Shown here: positions 15,417-23,713 of the stretch, piece after piece | Position numbering within the stretch: position 1 is the stretch's first letter | Layout of the letters: each line of letters begins with the position of its first letter | From: Candidatus Omnitrophota bacterium | GTDB lineage: Bacteria > Omnitrophota > Gorgyraeia > Zapsychrales > JANLHA01 | Direction: 5' to 3' | DNA: 32,000 nt | Assembly (NCBI GenBank): GCA_963662715.1 | Contig: OY759724.1 | Coordinates: forward strand, 3,300,001 to 3,332,000 | Notes under the pieces: generated by a model | Databases searched by the model: none | Told to the model about the DNA's origin: nothing | The model's input: the letters and a program-made list of their open reading frames with translations, nothing else | Position numbers and translations under genes: made by a program

Positions 15417-16193
15417 ATGAGTACTGGTTTCTCTCAAAAGGCTTTCCTACCCATCGTCTTTCTCTTTTTTTCCTGTCTTTTGATTCATACGGCCTCGGCC
15501 CAGGAATCCATTATTTCCCAGATGACAGCCGCCCAAGAATCTTTGGTCGAAATTTCCGCGGAAAATTTCAATCTGTCGAAATCTCCCGCCTACGGACCGG
15601 TTCTAGATCCCCAATCCGGACGCATCGGGGTCATCCGCAATGTCCAGCAATCCTTTTACCGCCGGACCGGTTCCGGCGTCATTATCCATAAATCCGGAAT
15701 CATCGTGACCAACGCGCACACAGTCAACCGCGCCCAGCAGATTCTGGTGAAACTGCACAATAACCTTGAGGTGCCGGCAGAAGTCATCCGTCTGGTCAGC
15801 CATATCGACCTGGCTTTACTGCGCGTCCGGGTTCCTTACCCGCTGACGCCTGTCCCCCTGGCGGATTCCAACAAAATACAGCTTGGAGATGATGTCCTGA
15901 CCATAGGAAATTCTCCCCTGTTAAAACAAACGCTATCCGGCGGCAAGATCATCGGCCTTGGACGAAACCGGACCGCAGCCCAGCGGGGAGAGACCCGGAA
16001 TGATTTCTTTCAGACCACGTTTAACGTCTATGAAGGGGACAGCGGCGGCCCGTTATTTAACCGGCAAGGGTCTCTCATAGGGCTGATGACAGCCAAGGAG
16101 ACGGGGGCTGACCGGTCCAGCTTTGCCATACCCGCCAACCAAATCTTTTTTTATTTGTCAGACTATCTTCATGGAACAAAACAAAAAAAATAA
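15417..16193 (+). CDS. Secreted trypsin-like (S1C/DegP-like, no PDZ) serine protease
   Basis: Signal peptide MSTGFSQKAFLPIVFLFFSCLLIHTASA. The catalytic triad contexts are TNAHTV, DLALLRV and GDSGGPLF. Confidence 0.8.
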   Translation: MSTGFSQKAFLPIVFLFFSCLLIHTASAQESIISQMTAAQESLVEISAENFNLSKSPAYGPVLDPQSGRIGVIRNVQQSFYRRTGSGVIIHKSGIIVTNAHTVNRAQQILVKLHNNLEVPAEVIRLVSHIDLALLRVRVPYPLTPVPLADSNKIQLGDDVLTIGNSPLLKQTLSGGKIIGLGRNRTAAQRGETRNDFFQTTFNVYEGDSGGPLFNRQGSLIGLMTAKETGADRSSFAIPANQIFFYLSDYLHGTKQKK

Positions 16194-16223
16194 TGTAAAC
16201 CTTATGTCCCTTTTACTATAATC

Positions 16224-18782
16224 ATGGTCAAGACTATGAACGCGACCAAGACATATTTTCTGTCTGTTCTTAAATCATGCCGCTGCCGGGGTTTTCTGCT
16301 GGCCTGGATTATTGTTTCTGCCATCGGCATCCACATGCGGCTTTATCCGTTAAGACACCATACTTCGGATGAAGTCAAGGATAAGGCTTCGCTTTTGGTC
16401 ATCACCCAGATCAAACAAACCGTCCAGAAGGCGGTGGCCGCCAACTTTCCGCAGCTCAGTGCCGTCGAAAAAGAGTTGCTCATCCAAAAACAGTTCAACC
16501 GGATCCTGCGCACGGAAAAAGCCAATGTCAGGAAAAGCATTCACGAGTTAAGCCGCAAACTTCAGGAACAGGACCCGGAACAAAGCCCGTTTTACCTCCT
16601 CGCTTCCGACTCATTTTATTATTACGACTTAACAAAAAACATCCTGAAAACCGGCCGGATCAGCGACAAAATCAAAGGGAGCAAATATTATAATAACAAA
16701 ATGAACGCCCCGCACGGGTACTGGGAACCGTTCAACCTGCATCCCTATACCGGAGCCCTGATACACCGCTGCCTGTCCCGGATAAAACCCGGGATTCCGC
16801 TTATGTCCTCGGTCAGCGTTACGCCTTTAATCATTATGTGTATCAGCCTCCTGCCTTTTATCTGGATATGCCGGCACCTCCAGTGTTCTCTGCCCGGGAC
16901 TATCACAGCCGCGCTTTTTCTCGTCTCCGCGCCCATCTTTCTTAAACGCAGCATGTACGGCTGGTATGATAACGACCCTTACAGCATCCTGTTTCCGCTG
17001 ACCATCCTGTCTGTGGCCTTTTCAGGATTCAAAAGCATTCAGGAGCAGCGGCCCTGGCTCCCTCCCGCGCTTTTCTGCGGTTTGAGCATCTGGCTCTACT
17101 CCCTTTTCTGGCACGGGTGGGTTTTCCTGGAAGCCCTGCTTTTTGCCGGAGGGGTTCTTTACGGGCTTTATACTTTATTTTTCCTTAAACAAAGGTCCCG
17201 GGCCAAACGCCTGTTTCATTTTTTTACGATCGTCATCTCAACCAGCTTTCTGGGGGTGAGCCTCTTCTTCGGATGGCGGGAATTTTTCATATTATTTCAG
17301 GAAGGCCTTGCGGCATTAAAACATTTCTGGCAGCCTTCCTTCTCTTTATGGCCGGACCTGTACATTGCAGTCGGGGAACTGAAAAGGGCAAGCCTTCCTT
17401 TCCTCGTTGAACTGTGCGGAGGATATCTGTTTTGCCTTCTGGCTTTTCTGGGGTTGGGGAGCTGTGTCTGGCAGCTTATCACAAAGAAAACAGACTTTCC
17501 CGGAGAAAACATTTTTCTGATTCTTTTCGTGGGCGTGATCGTTCCCATGACCCTAGGGGCGCAAAGGTTTGCCCTGCTCTGCATCGTCCCCGCATCTCTA
17601 CTGGCAGCGGTGGGGATCAAACAGGCCCTTTGCTTTATCAGGCAAGCCTGTCTGCGGCTGCCCCGGACAGCACTGCCCGTTCAAGCCGTCCAGACCATAC
17701 TCACATCCCTGGTTCTGCTGGCATTGGCCTGTTTCCCTGTGGCCCGCGCCTATCACAACACGGAATCTCTGCTGAACCCCATCTTCAACGCGACCTGGGA
17801 CCAGGCCTTGACCCGGGTTAAGAACGGCACTCCGGCTGACAGCATCATCAATACCTGGTGGCCGCCCGGTCATTTTATAAAAGCCATCGCTGAACGCCGG
17901 GTCACGTTCGACGGCGCAACCATCAACCAGCCGCAGGCCTACTGGCTGGCGAATATCCTCCTGGCCGAGGATGAAGATACCGCCCTGGGTCTGTTGCGCA
18001 TGTTAAACAATTCCTCTAATGAGGCCACGGACTACCTGCTGAGTACCGGGATGAAGTTATCCGAGGCTGTCGCGACGCTTCATGAAATTTCCAAACTTGA
18101 TAAAGACCGCGCACGGGATGATTTAAAGGATAAGTTGAACGAAGTCCAGCAGACGCATTTACTGAATTTAACGCATAGCCGGCCGCCGCCCAGTTATCTC
18201 TTGATCTATAATGAGCTCATTGAAGCTCACATCCTTATCAGTTTTACGGGACGGTGGGACTTTCAGGAAGCCGAAAACATCAATGAAGATCCCGCCCGGA
18301 TGAAAAAGGTCCCGCGGGCCGGGTCAAAAGAATACATCTCTTTTCTCTGGGGAATTGCCGGGGGATACCCCCGCTACAGCGGCATCCTCAGCCCTGTCCA
18401 TTCAGAAGAGAACAAAGTGCTCTTCTCAGACAATGTCCTCTGCCAAACAGACACCAAAGAATGCCTGATCAATTCTCCGACTTACGGCAAAGGCGTCCCC
18501 AAGTATATTCACTTCCTGGACAGCGGAAAAATCGTCGAGAAAGAACTTCCCAACGCAAACCTCAATTACTCTGTCTTATTGAGTCCAACGGAAAGCGGCT
18601 ATCAGTGCGCGTTAATGGACCATAACCTGGCCCGGTCCCTGCTGATGCGGCTCTATTTTTTCAAAGGCGCCGGTTTCCGGGATATCAAACCCTTCCTGCA
18701 GACAAAAGACCTCACCACCCGCACCCAGATTTCCGTCTATGAAGTCGATTGGAATGCTTATCTGAGCCGCACGGCCCCTTAA
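16224..18782 (+). CDS. STT3/AglB/PglB-type oligosaccharyltransferase homologue with non-canonical WWPPG
   Basis: 852 aa with a polytopic N-terminal half. SDSFYYYD (D at 16608-16610) resembles the first acidic motif. YDND (16965-16976) resembles the SYDNE motif of STT3. TWWPPGHFIKAIAERRVTFDGATINQPQAYWLANILL (WWPPGH at 17856-17873) is colinear with yeast STT3 [35 protein letters not shown]. Confidence 0.6.
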   Translation: MVKTMNATKTYFLSVLKSCRCRGFLLAWIIVSAIGIHMRLYPLRHHTSDEVKDKASLLVITQIKQTVQKAVAANFPQLSAVEKELLIQKQFNRILRTEKANVRKSIHELSRKLQEQDPEQSPFYLLASDSFYYYDLTKNILKTGRISDKIKGSKYYNNKMNAPHGYWEPFNLHPYTGALIHRCLSRIKPGIPLMSSVSVTPLIIMCISLLPFIWICRHLQCSLPGTITAALFLVSAPIFLKRSMYGWYDNDPYSILFPLTILSVAFSGFKSIQEQRPWLPPALFCGLSIWLYSLFWHGWVFLEALLFAGGVLYGLYTLFFLKQRSRAKRLFHFFTIVISTSFLGVSLFFGWREFFILFQEGLAALKHFWQPSFSLWPDLYIAVGELKRASLPFLVELCGGYLFCLLAFLGLGSCVWQLITKKTDFPGENIFLILFVGVIVPMTLGAQRFALLCIVPASLLAAVGIKQALCFIRQACLRLPRTALPVQAVQTILTSLVLLALACFPVARAYHNTESLLNPIFNATWDQALTRVKNGTPADSIINTWWPPGHFIKAIAERRVTFDGATINQPQAYWLANILLAEDEDTALGLLRMLNNSSNEATDYLLSTGMKLSEAVATLHEISKLDKDRARDDLKDKLNEVQQTHLLNLTHSRPPPSYLLIYNELIEAHILISFTGRWDFQEAENINEDPARMKKVPRAGSKEYISFLWGIAGGYPRYSGILSPVHSEENKVLFSDNVLCQTDTKECLINSPTYGKGVPKYIHFLDSGKIVEKELPNANLNYSVLLSPTESGYQCALMDHNLARSLLMRLYFFKGAGFRDIKPFLQTKDLTTRTQISVYEVDWNAYLSRTAP

Positions 18783-18797
18783 ACCCAGACGGACGAC

Positions 18798-20330
18798 TCA
18801 CCTATATAACCCCCCGCTATATGCTCCCCTGGCATCCCTTCTCTGCTGTGCTGGAGAGTCCAATTTTTGATATCTTTGAAATTGCCTATTATAATTATCT
18901 GAAATCCTTGAATCAGAAATATTCGATCTAATATGATTGGTCCTACTATTAATACGAGAAGAAGCTGATATCGCTTCCCTAGCCCTAATAGCATCCCTGG
19001 GGCTAATAGTATTTCTAGACCTATTATTCTTAAGTTGGTCATCAACGCTGGAAAGATTTGATTTTACTGGATCGGAAGCTCTCCAATTTGTAGATGTCCC
19101 GTTTATTTGTGAATATTCACTATTTTTCGCATTTCTATTACTTAATTCAATTATCTGATTTCTTGAATTAATCATATCATTTATTAAATCTTGCGTCTGC
19201 TGCCAATGACCTTTTATATCTTGGCTTAAAACGATCTCGTTAGATTCAAATTGTCTTAATAAATTGCTTCGCTCAGTGTTCCAAGCGTTGCGAGCATTTA
19301 CTAAATCACTGAAATCCTTACCATACATTTTCTTTAACTGTTCTATTGCGTTATTTATAATCGTTTCTACTCTTTCCTCAGCTTGCTTAAAACGAACAAG
19401 ACTAATCTCTAAATTTTCTAACACCATATCCTGTTCTTCCTTTAATTCCGCATAAAGATTCATCAAGTCCCTGAATTCCCCTTCAGTAATGTCTACCAGC
19501 TGTTCGCTTAAATCCTTCAGTTCACTTTCAATTTTCTGATTGTTCTCCTGCAAGTAGCCTTCAGAAGATTCGAAAGTTTCGATTAACAAATCATACTCGT
19601 TTCCCAACAAATCTGTTATTTCCGATAATTCTTCAAGTTTTGCTTTTTCTCTTTCAATATTCTTACTAAAAATTTCCTTAAAATAACTGTCGATATCTGT
19701 GACATATCTATTCAAACATTCTTCAAATCCCCCGCAATACGCGATATCATTCTTTTCTTGCCCAACGGCTATCTTCTCTATGGTACTTAAATTATTCTCT
19801 AATCTAACGGCGTCTGCTCTTCTTATTCTACCGGATTTCTCGGCAATCGACGCTAAAAGTTCTTCTTTGATTTCTTGATACTTTTTTGCCCGCAAGTCTT
19901 GATCGCTTATATTTTTAAATTCAACAATGTCTTTTTGAAATTTATCTAACTCAGGGAATTCATTTAAAAAAGCCTCCCTTTCTTTTTCAATTATTTCTGC
20001 AAACGTTGCCGCCTCCTCTTGCAGGTGTCCGTTAACTTCCTTTATTTGTTTTAAAATCTCTCCTCTCTTACGTATCAATTCTATCCGCTTCTCCTGAATC
20101 TCTTTATGAAATTTTTTTAATTCTCCCAATTTATTTTGCAATCTGACTTGGCTTTGCTTTCTAACTATTTCTACGGATGGCTCTTTCTTGGAATAGTCGG
20201 CTATTCCCGCAAAATCAATGATCTGGCCCACCAAACTTAATTCTCCCTTATTAATAAGATATTGGTTATAGGAAAAAAAACCAACCATCAGAAAAAGAAC
20301 TATTAAATATACATAAGGTTGTCCCGCCAT
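18798..20330 (-). CDS. Membrane-anchored coiled-coil protein, unknown function
   Basis: 510 aa. It has an N-terminal TM (YVYLIVLFLMVGFF), about 400 aa of E/K/L/I-rich heptad-like sequence and an N/S/R-rich tail. SD AAAGGAA lies upstream of the ATG. The gene is strongly AT-rich relative to its neighbours. Confidence 0.6.
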   Translation of the reverse strand: MAGQPYVYLIVLFLMVGFFSYNQYLINKGELSLVGQIIDFAGIADYSKKEPSVEIVRKQSQVRLQNKLGELKKFHKEIQEKRIELIRKRGEILKQIKEVNGHLQEEAATFAEIIEKEREAFLNEFPELDKFQKDIVEFKNISDQDLRAKKYQEIKEELLASIAEKSGRIRRADAVRLENNLSTIEKIAVGQEKNDIAYCGGFEECLNRYVTDIDSYFKEIFSKNIEREKAKLEELSEITDLLGNEYDLLIETFESSEGYLQENNQKIESELKDLSEQLVDITEGEFRDLMNLYAELKEEQDMVLENLEISLVRFKQAEERVETIINNAIEQLKKMYGKDFSDLVNARNAWNTERSNLLRQFESNEIVLSQDIKGHWQQTQDLINDMINSRNQIIELSNRNAKNSEYSQINGTSTNWRASDPVKSNLSSVDDQLKNNRSRNTISPRDAIRAREAISASSRINSRTNHIRSNISDSRISDNYNRQFQRYQKLDSPAQQRRDARGAYSGGLYR

Positions 20331-20544
20331 ATTGCATATTCCTTTCTTTTACAATTAATAAGGAGCTTCGCAACTCTGTCGTTTAGGGCGCGTTCCAAAT
20401 CTAGCGTAAAATCATCTTTTATTTTATCATATTTCGTCATTCCTTCAACCAATCCGAAGAATGGGGAAATGCCGGACGACAAGCGAATCCGAAACATCTC
20501 TTAAAGGCCGGACGCGTACGGCACGGGATCAAGTTTAAAAAGGA

Positions 20545-21420
20545 TTACTCCGGAGATAAGGAGCCTGGATGGATAAACGGCGTCGGGGTGGGAACGACAC
20601 GTCCGGTCCCGTCATCGGCCTGGGGGATGGTGTTCAAGGTGCCCTTCAGACGGATCTTCATCGTGGGGCCGCCCCCGGCCGGAGCGTTTGTCACCGCCGG
20701 TTTGGGTTTAGGCGTCGACTCCACCAGATGACCTGATGTTGCCGCCGAAGGAGAATGATAAAGGAACTGCTCCTGGGAAATCCGGGCCTCTTCCGGGTTG
20801 ACAATGGATCTTTCCAGCTGTCTGGCTAAATTGTTTTCCCCCATATGCCGTAAAAGGGTGATAACTTCCAGGACCCTGGCCCGCTCATTGTTCTGCGCAT
20901 AGGCCAATCCCAGCCCAAAATACACCATCGGACTCTGAACCTTTTCCGCAACGTCATTAAAATATAAGATGGCATCGGCCGGCTGTTGCTTGCCGACCAG
21001 GTAAATCCAGGCCAAAGAAAGTTTTACGCCGGCCAGTTCCGGGTTAATCGCCAAAGCTTTCCGGCAGGCCTGTTCGGCTTCATTATGTTTTCCGGCCTGA
21101 TAATAAACCCTGCACATATTATGGTAAGCGTCCGTGTTTTGGGGATCAATATCCACAGCCACTTTAAAGAACCATATCACGTCAGAGAGCGGGTCCTGTA
21201 TGGCCTGATGAGCCAAACCCAGGGCGTTATAAACCGGGGCAAAATTAGGATCAACCTCAACCGCCTTTTCATAATGCTGTATGGCCTGGGCATAATTGCC
21301 GCTATGGTATTCTGTTTCTCCTTTTTCATAAAGTTCTCGGAAAGACTGGGCCCCCGCTGTTGCCGGCCCCAACAGGCTGAAGCTTATAAAAACAAAAAAC
21401 AGCGATAAACATTTCCTCAT
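20545..21420 (-). CDS. Secreted TPR-repeat protein at the distal end of the T2SS operon
   Basis: The start is taken at ATG 21420 (AAGGAG 9 nt upstream) rather than the listed 21456. It has a signal peptide (MRKCLSLFFVFISFSLLGPATAGA) and several TPR units (YAQAIQHYEKAVEVDPNFAPVYNALG, NEAEQACRKALAINP). Confidence 0.7.
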   Translation of the reverse strand: MRKCLSLFFVFISFSLLGPATAGAQSFRELYEKGETEYHSGNYAQAIQHYEKAVEVDPNFAPVYNALGLAHQAIQDPLSDVIWFFKVAVDIDPQNTDAYHNMCRVYYQAGKHNEAEQACRKALAINPELAGVKLSLAWIYLVGKQQPADAILYFNDVAEKVQSPMVYFGLGLAYAQNNERARVLEVITLLRHMGENNLARQLERSIVNPEEARISQEQFLYHSPSAATSGHLVESTPKPKPAVTNAPAGGGPTMKIRLKGTLNTIPQADDGTGRVVPTPTPFIHPGSLSPE

Positions 21421-21460
21421 AATCCTGCACTCCTTGTTAGCTAGAATAAGGCTCATGACA

Positions 21461-23695
21461 TTAGGGTTTTATCATGCGCTCCCAGACATTCGTTTCTTCC
21501 TCTTCTTCCGCTTCTTCCGACGCATCATCCTGTAAAGCTTTTAATCCTTTTCTGACCGGTCTGGAACTCTTTTCCTTGGATGATTTCTTCTTGCTGGAAG
21601 TCTTTTTAGACTTCGTCTGAGATTCCTCGCTTGCTTTGTCTTCCGATCCCCAGAACTGCCTCCACAAGGTGTACAAGTCATCCAAACGGAAACCTTTGGC
21701 TTTACGGCTGTTTAACAATTTATCAAAATCCTTTGTATGTTCCTTAATCGGCTGGATATACGCCGGGGGTGTCGGTTGCGGCGTGGGTGTCCCCCGGGGA
21801 GATTCTTTTCCCTCCTGAGTTTCTTCACCGCCTCCCGTGCCTCTTCCGCGGGCGTCTTCGTCGTTACCCCCGCCCTCTCCGCCGGAACCGCTCCCGCTTT
21901 CCTGCGCGCCTTCCCCCTCGCCTTCGCCAGCGCCCTGCCCTTCTCCCCGGGCTCCCTCGCCTTCGCCTCCGCCTTGAGACTCGTCACTCTGATCCCCCAC
22001 GCCTTGAGATTCGCCGTCACCTCCCTGAACGTCTCCACTCCCCTCGCCTTCGCCTTCCCCGCCGCCTTGCCCTTCACCTTCTCCGGACCCGCTTCCCGCT
22101 CCGCTGCCTTCCCCGGCCCCTGTCCCTTCACCGCCGCTGTCTCCTTCTCCTTCGCCGGATGTATCACCCTGCCCTCCGGCATCCCCTCCGCCGTCCATGG
22201 AAATATCACTTCCCCCGTCGCCGGCCCCTCCCCCGGAACCGTCAGCCCCTCCGCCGTCTCCCTGCCCGCCGCCTGATCCATCCTGCCCGCCGGAACCTTC
22301 ACCCGAACTTCCGGCACCGCTTCCCGCTCCGGCCCCCTGCCCGCTCCCGGCGCCGTCGCCGGAACTGGACCCGCCTCCTCCGTCACCCTGCCCGGCACCC
22401 GTACCGCCCTGCCCTCCGGAAGACCCCTGCCCCTGCCCTGCCCCGGAACCGCCCGCCGATGAACCAGCACCGCCTCCGCCGGGCCCCTGACCGCCCTGCC
22501 CGGCGCCGCCATCACCGGTACCGGCGCCCTGGCCGCTGCCGGTGCCGCTGCCGAGACCTGATCCGGCCCCTTCTCCGCCGTCACCGGAGCCGCTTTGCTG
22601 CGAATCACCTCCGCCGGTCGTCCCTTTCCCCTCTCCGCCGGCTCCCTGCCCGCCGCCATCGCCCTGCCCCTGGGCATTTCCGCTCTGCCCTCCGGCGCCC
22701 TGGCCGTCGTTCTGTCCCTGCCCCTGGGAGTCTGCCGAGCCGCTGCCTCCCCCTTGCGCCGAACCGTCTTCTGAACCTCCGTCCTCCGATTCATTTCCTT
22801 CGGTCTTCTGGGCCTGTCCTTCGGCACCCTCCCCTTCCGGGGACGCGCCGCCCTCCTGCGCCTGTCCCTGCGTTTCTGTCTCCTGCCCTTTTTGACCGGC
22901 AACATCATCATCCGCCGAGGAAGCTCCGTCCTTTGTTTCCTGTCCGGGAATATCTCCTCCGTCTTTTCCCTCCTGCCCGTCCGAACCTTCGCCTTTCCCG
23001 TCTCCGTCAGAATCAGACCCGCCCTCTCCCGAGCCCGCCCCCTTGCCTTTGGCCTCTCCGTCTCCCGGCGCCCCGTCTTCCGCGGTCCTGTCCGCCCCGG
23101 CCGAAAAATCAATATCATCTTCCGAAAATTCCACACTGCCGATCGTCTTGGGATCAATAATCAATTTCGCGACCTTAAAAGCGGCGGTGACTCCGTCGGC
23201 CGAAGCTTTCTGTCCGGAAATGCTCATTTTGACAATCTTTAACAAATTCGTCGTCGTGTCGATCTTGTACATAAAACTGACCATATCCTCCAGCCGGCCG
23301 GAACATTCCATGTTGGCATAATATTCAACATACCCTTTTTTCTGGGTCATATCCGAAGAGATCAGTTTGATAAGATTGATATTCGCTTCTGACGCTAAAT
23401 TTTCAATCGTCTGCAAAAAGGCAGCAATGATCTCTTCTTCCGACTCCGGCGTTTTCTCCAGATAAATGCTGTATTCCTGCTCTTCCTGCAGGATCTTACT
23501 TTCATACGAGAGAAACCGGGAACTGTTTTTAATCCCGATCATCTTTTCTTTTGTTTCTGTATCGATAGCGTGTTTCTTGCTCGTATACGGGCGGAAAACA
23601 AGCCCGTCAAACAAAGCCAGGACAGCCACTCCGACGGCAATATAAAAGATTTTTCTTTCCTGCTCAGACAATTTGCTGTAAAAATTCTGAAACAA
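21461..23695 (-). CDS. GspM/PilO-like assembly-platform protein with a ~450-aa acidic Gly/Ser-rich disordered region and a Lys/Ser-rich tail
   Basis: TTG start at 23695 with AAGGAG 7 nt upstream. The N-terminal ~190 aa have a TM (IFYIAVGVAVLALF), a coiled coil and a ferredoxin-like module (YVEYYANMECSGRLEDMVSFMYKID...IVKMSI), as in PilO/GspM. Low-complexity sequence of the G, S, E, D, Q, A type follows. The frame is chosen by continuity with both structured ends. Confidence 0.65.
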   Translation of the reverse strand: MFQNFYSKLSEQERKIFYIAVGVAVLALFDGLVFRPYTSKKHAIDTETKEKMIGIKNSSRFLSYESKILQEEQEYSIYLEKTPESEEEIIAAFLQTIENLASEANINLIKLISSDMTQKKGYVEYYANMECSGRLEDMVSFMYKIDTTTNLLKIVKMSISGQKASADGVTAAFKVAKLIIDPKTIGSVEFSEDDIDFSAGADRTAEDGAPGDGEAKGKGAGSGEGGSDSDGDGKGEGSDGQEGKDGGDIPGQETKDGASSADDDVAGQKGQETETQGQAQEGGASPEGEGAEGQAQKTEGNESEDGGSEDGSAQGGGSGSADSQGQGQNDGQGAGGQSGNAQGQGDGGGQGAGGEGKGTTGGGDSQQSGSGDGGEGAGSGLGSGTGSGQGAGTGDGGAGQGGQGPGGGGAGSSAGGSGAGQGQGSSGGQGGTGAGQGDGGGGSSSGDGAGSGQGAGAGSGAGSSGEGSGGQDGSGGGQGDGGGADGSGGGAGDGGSDISMDGGGDAGGQGDTSGEGEGDSGGEGTGAGEGSGAGSGSGEGEGQGGGEGEGEGSGDVQGGDGESQGVGDQSDESQGGGEGEGARGEGQGAGEGEGEGAQESGSGSGGEGGGNDEDARGRGTGGGEETQEGKESPRGTPTPQPTPPAYIQPIKEHTKDFDKLLNSRKAKGFRLDDLYTLWRQFWGSEDKASEESQTKSKKTSSKKKSSKEKSSRPVRKGLKALQDDASEEAEEEEETNVWERMIKP

Positions 23696-23713
23696 AACGA
23701 CACTCCTTAATGA

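Noticed and set aside
20303-20497. 64-aa minus-strand ORF upstream of and overlapping the coiled-coil gene start
   Set aside because: The possible internal ATG (MTKYDKIKDD...) has an SD-like GAAGGA with no spacing, and the ORF overlaps the well-supported start at 20330. Evidence is insufficient to call a small protein.
21636-23321. Long overlapping ORFs on both strands (481 aa minus, 463 aa plus, several of 90-180 aa) rich in Arg/Pro or Pro/Ser
   Set aside because: These are artefacts of the low-complexity, strand-asymmetric DNA that encodes the Gly/Ser/Glu-rich region. Only the 744-aa frame connects to a PilO-like N-terminus with a strong SD and to a structured C-terminus.
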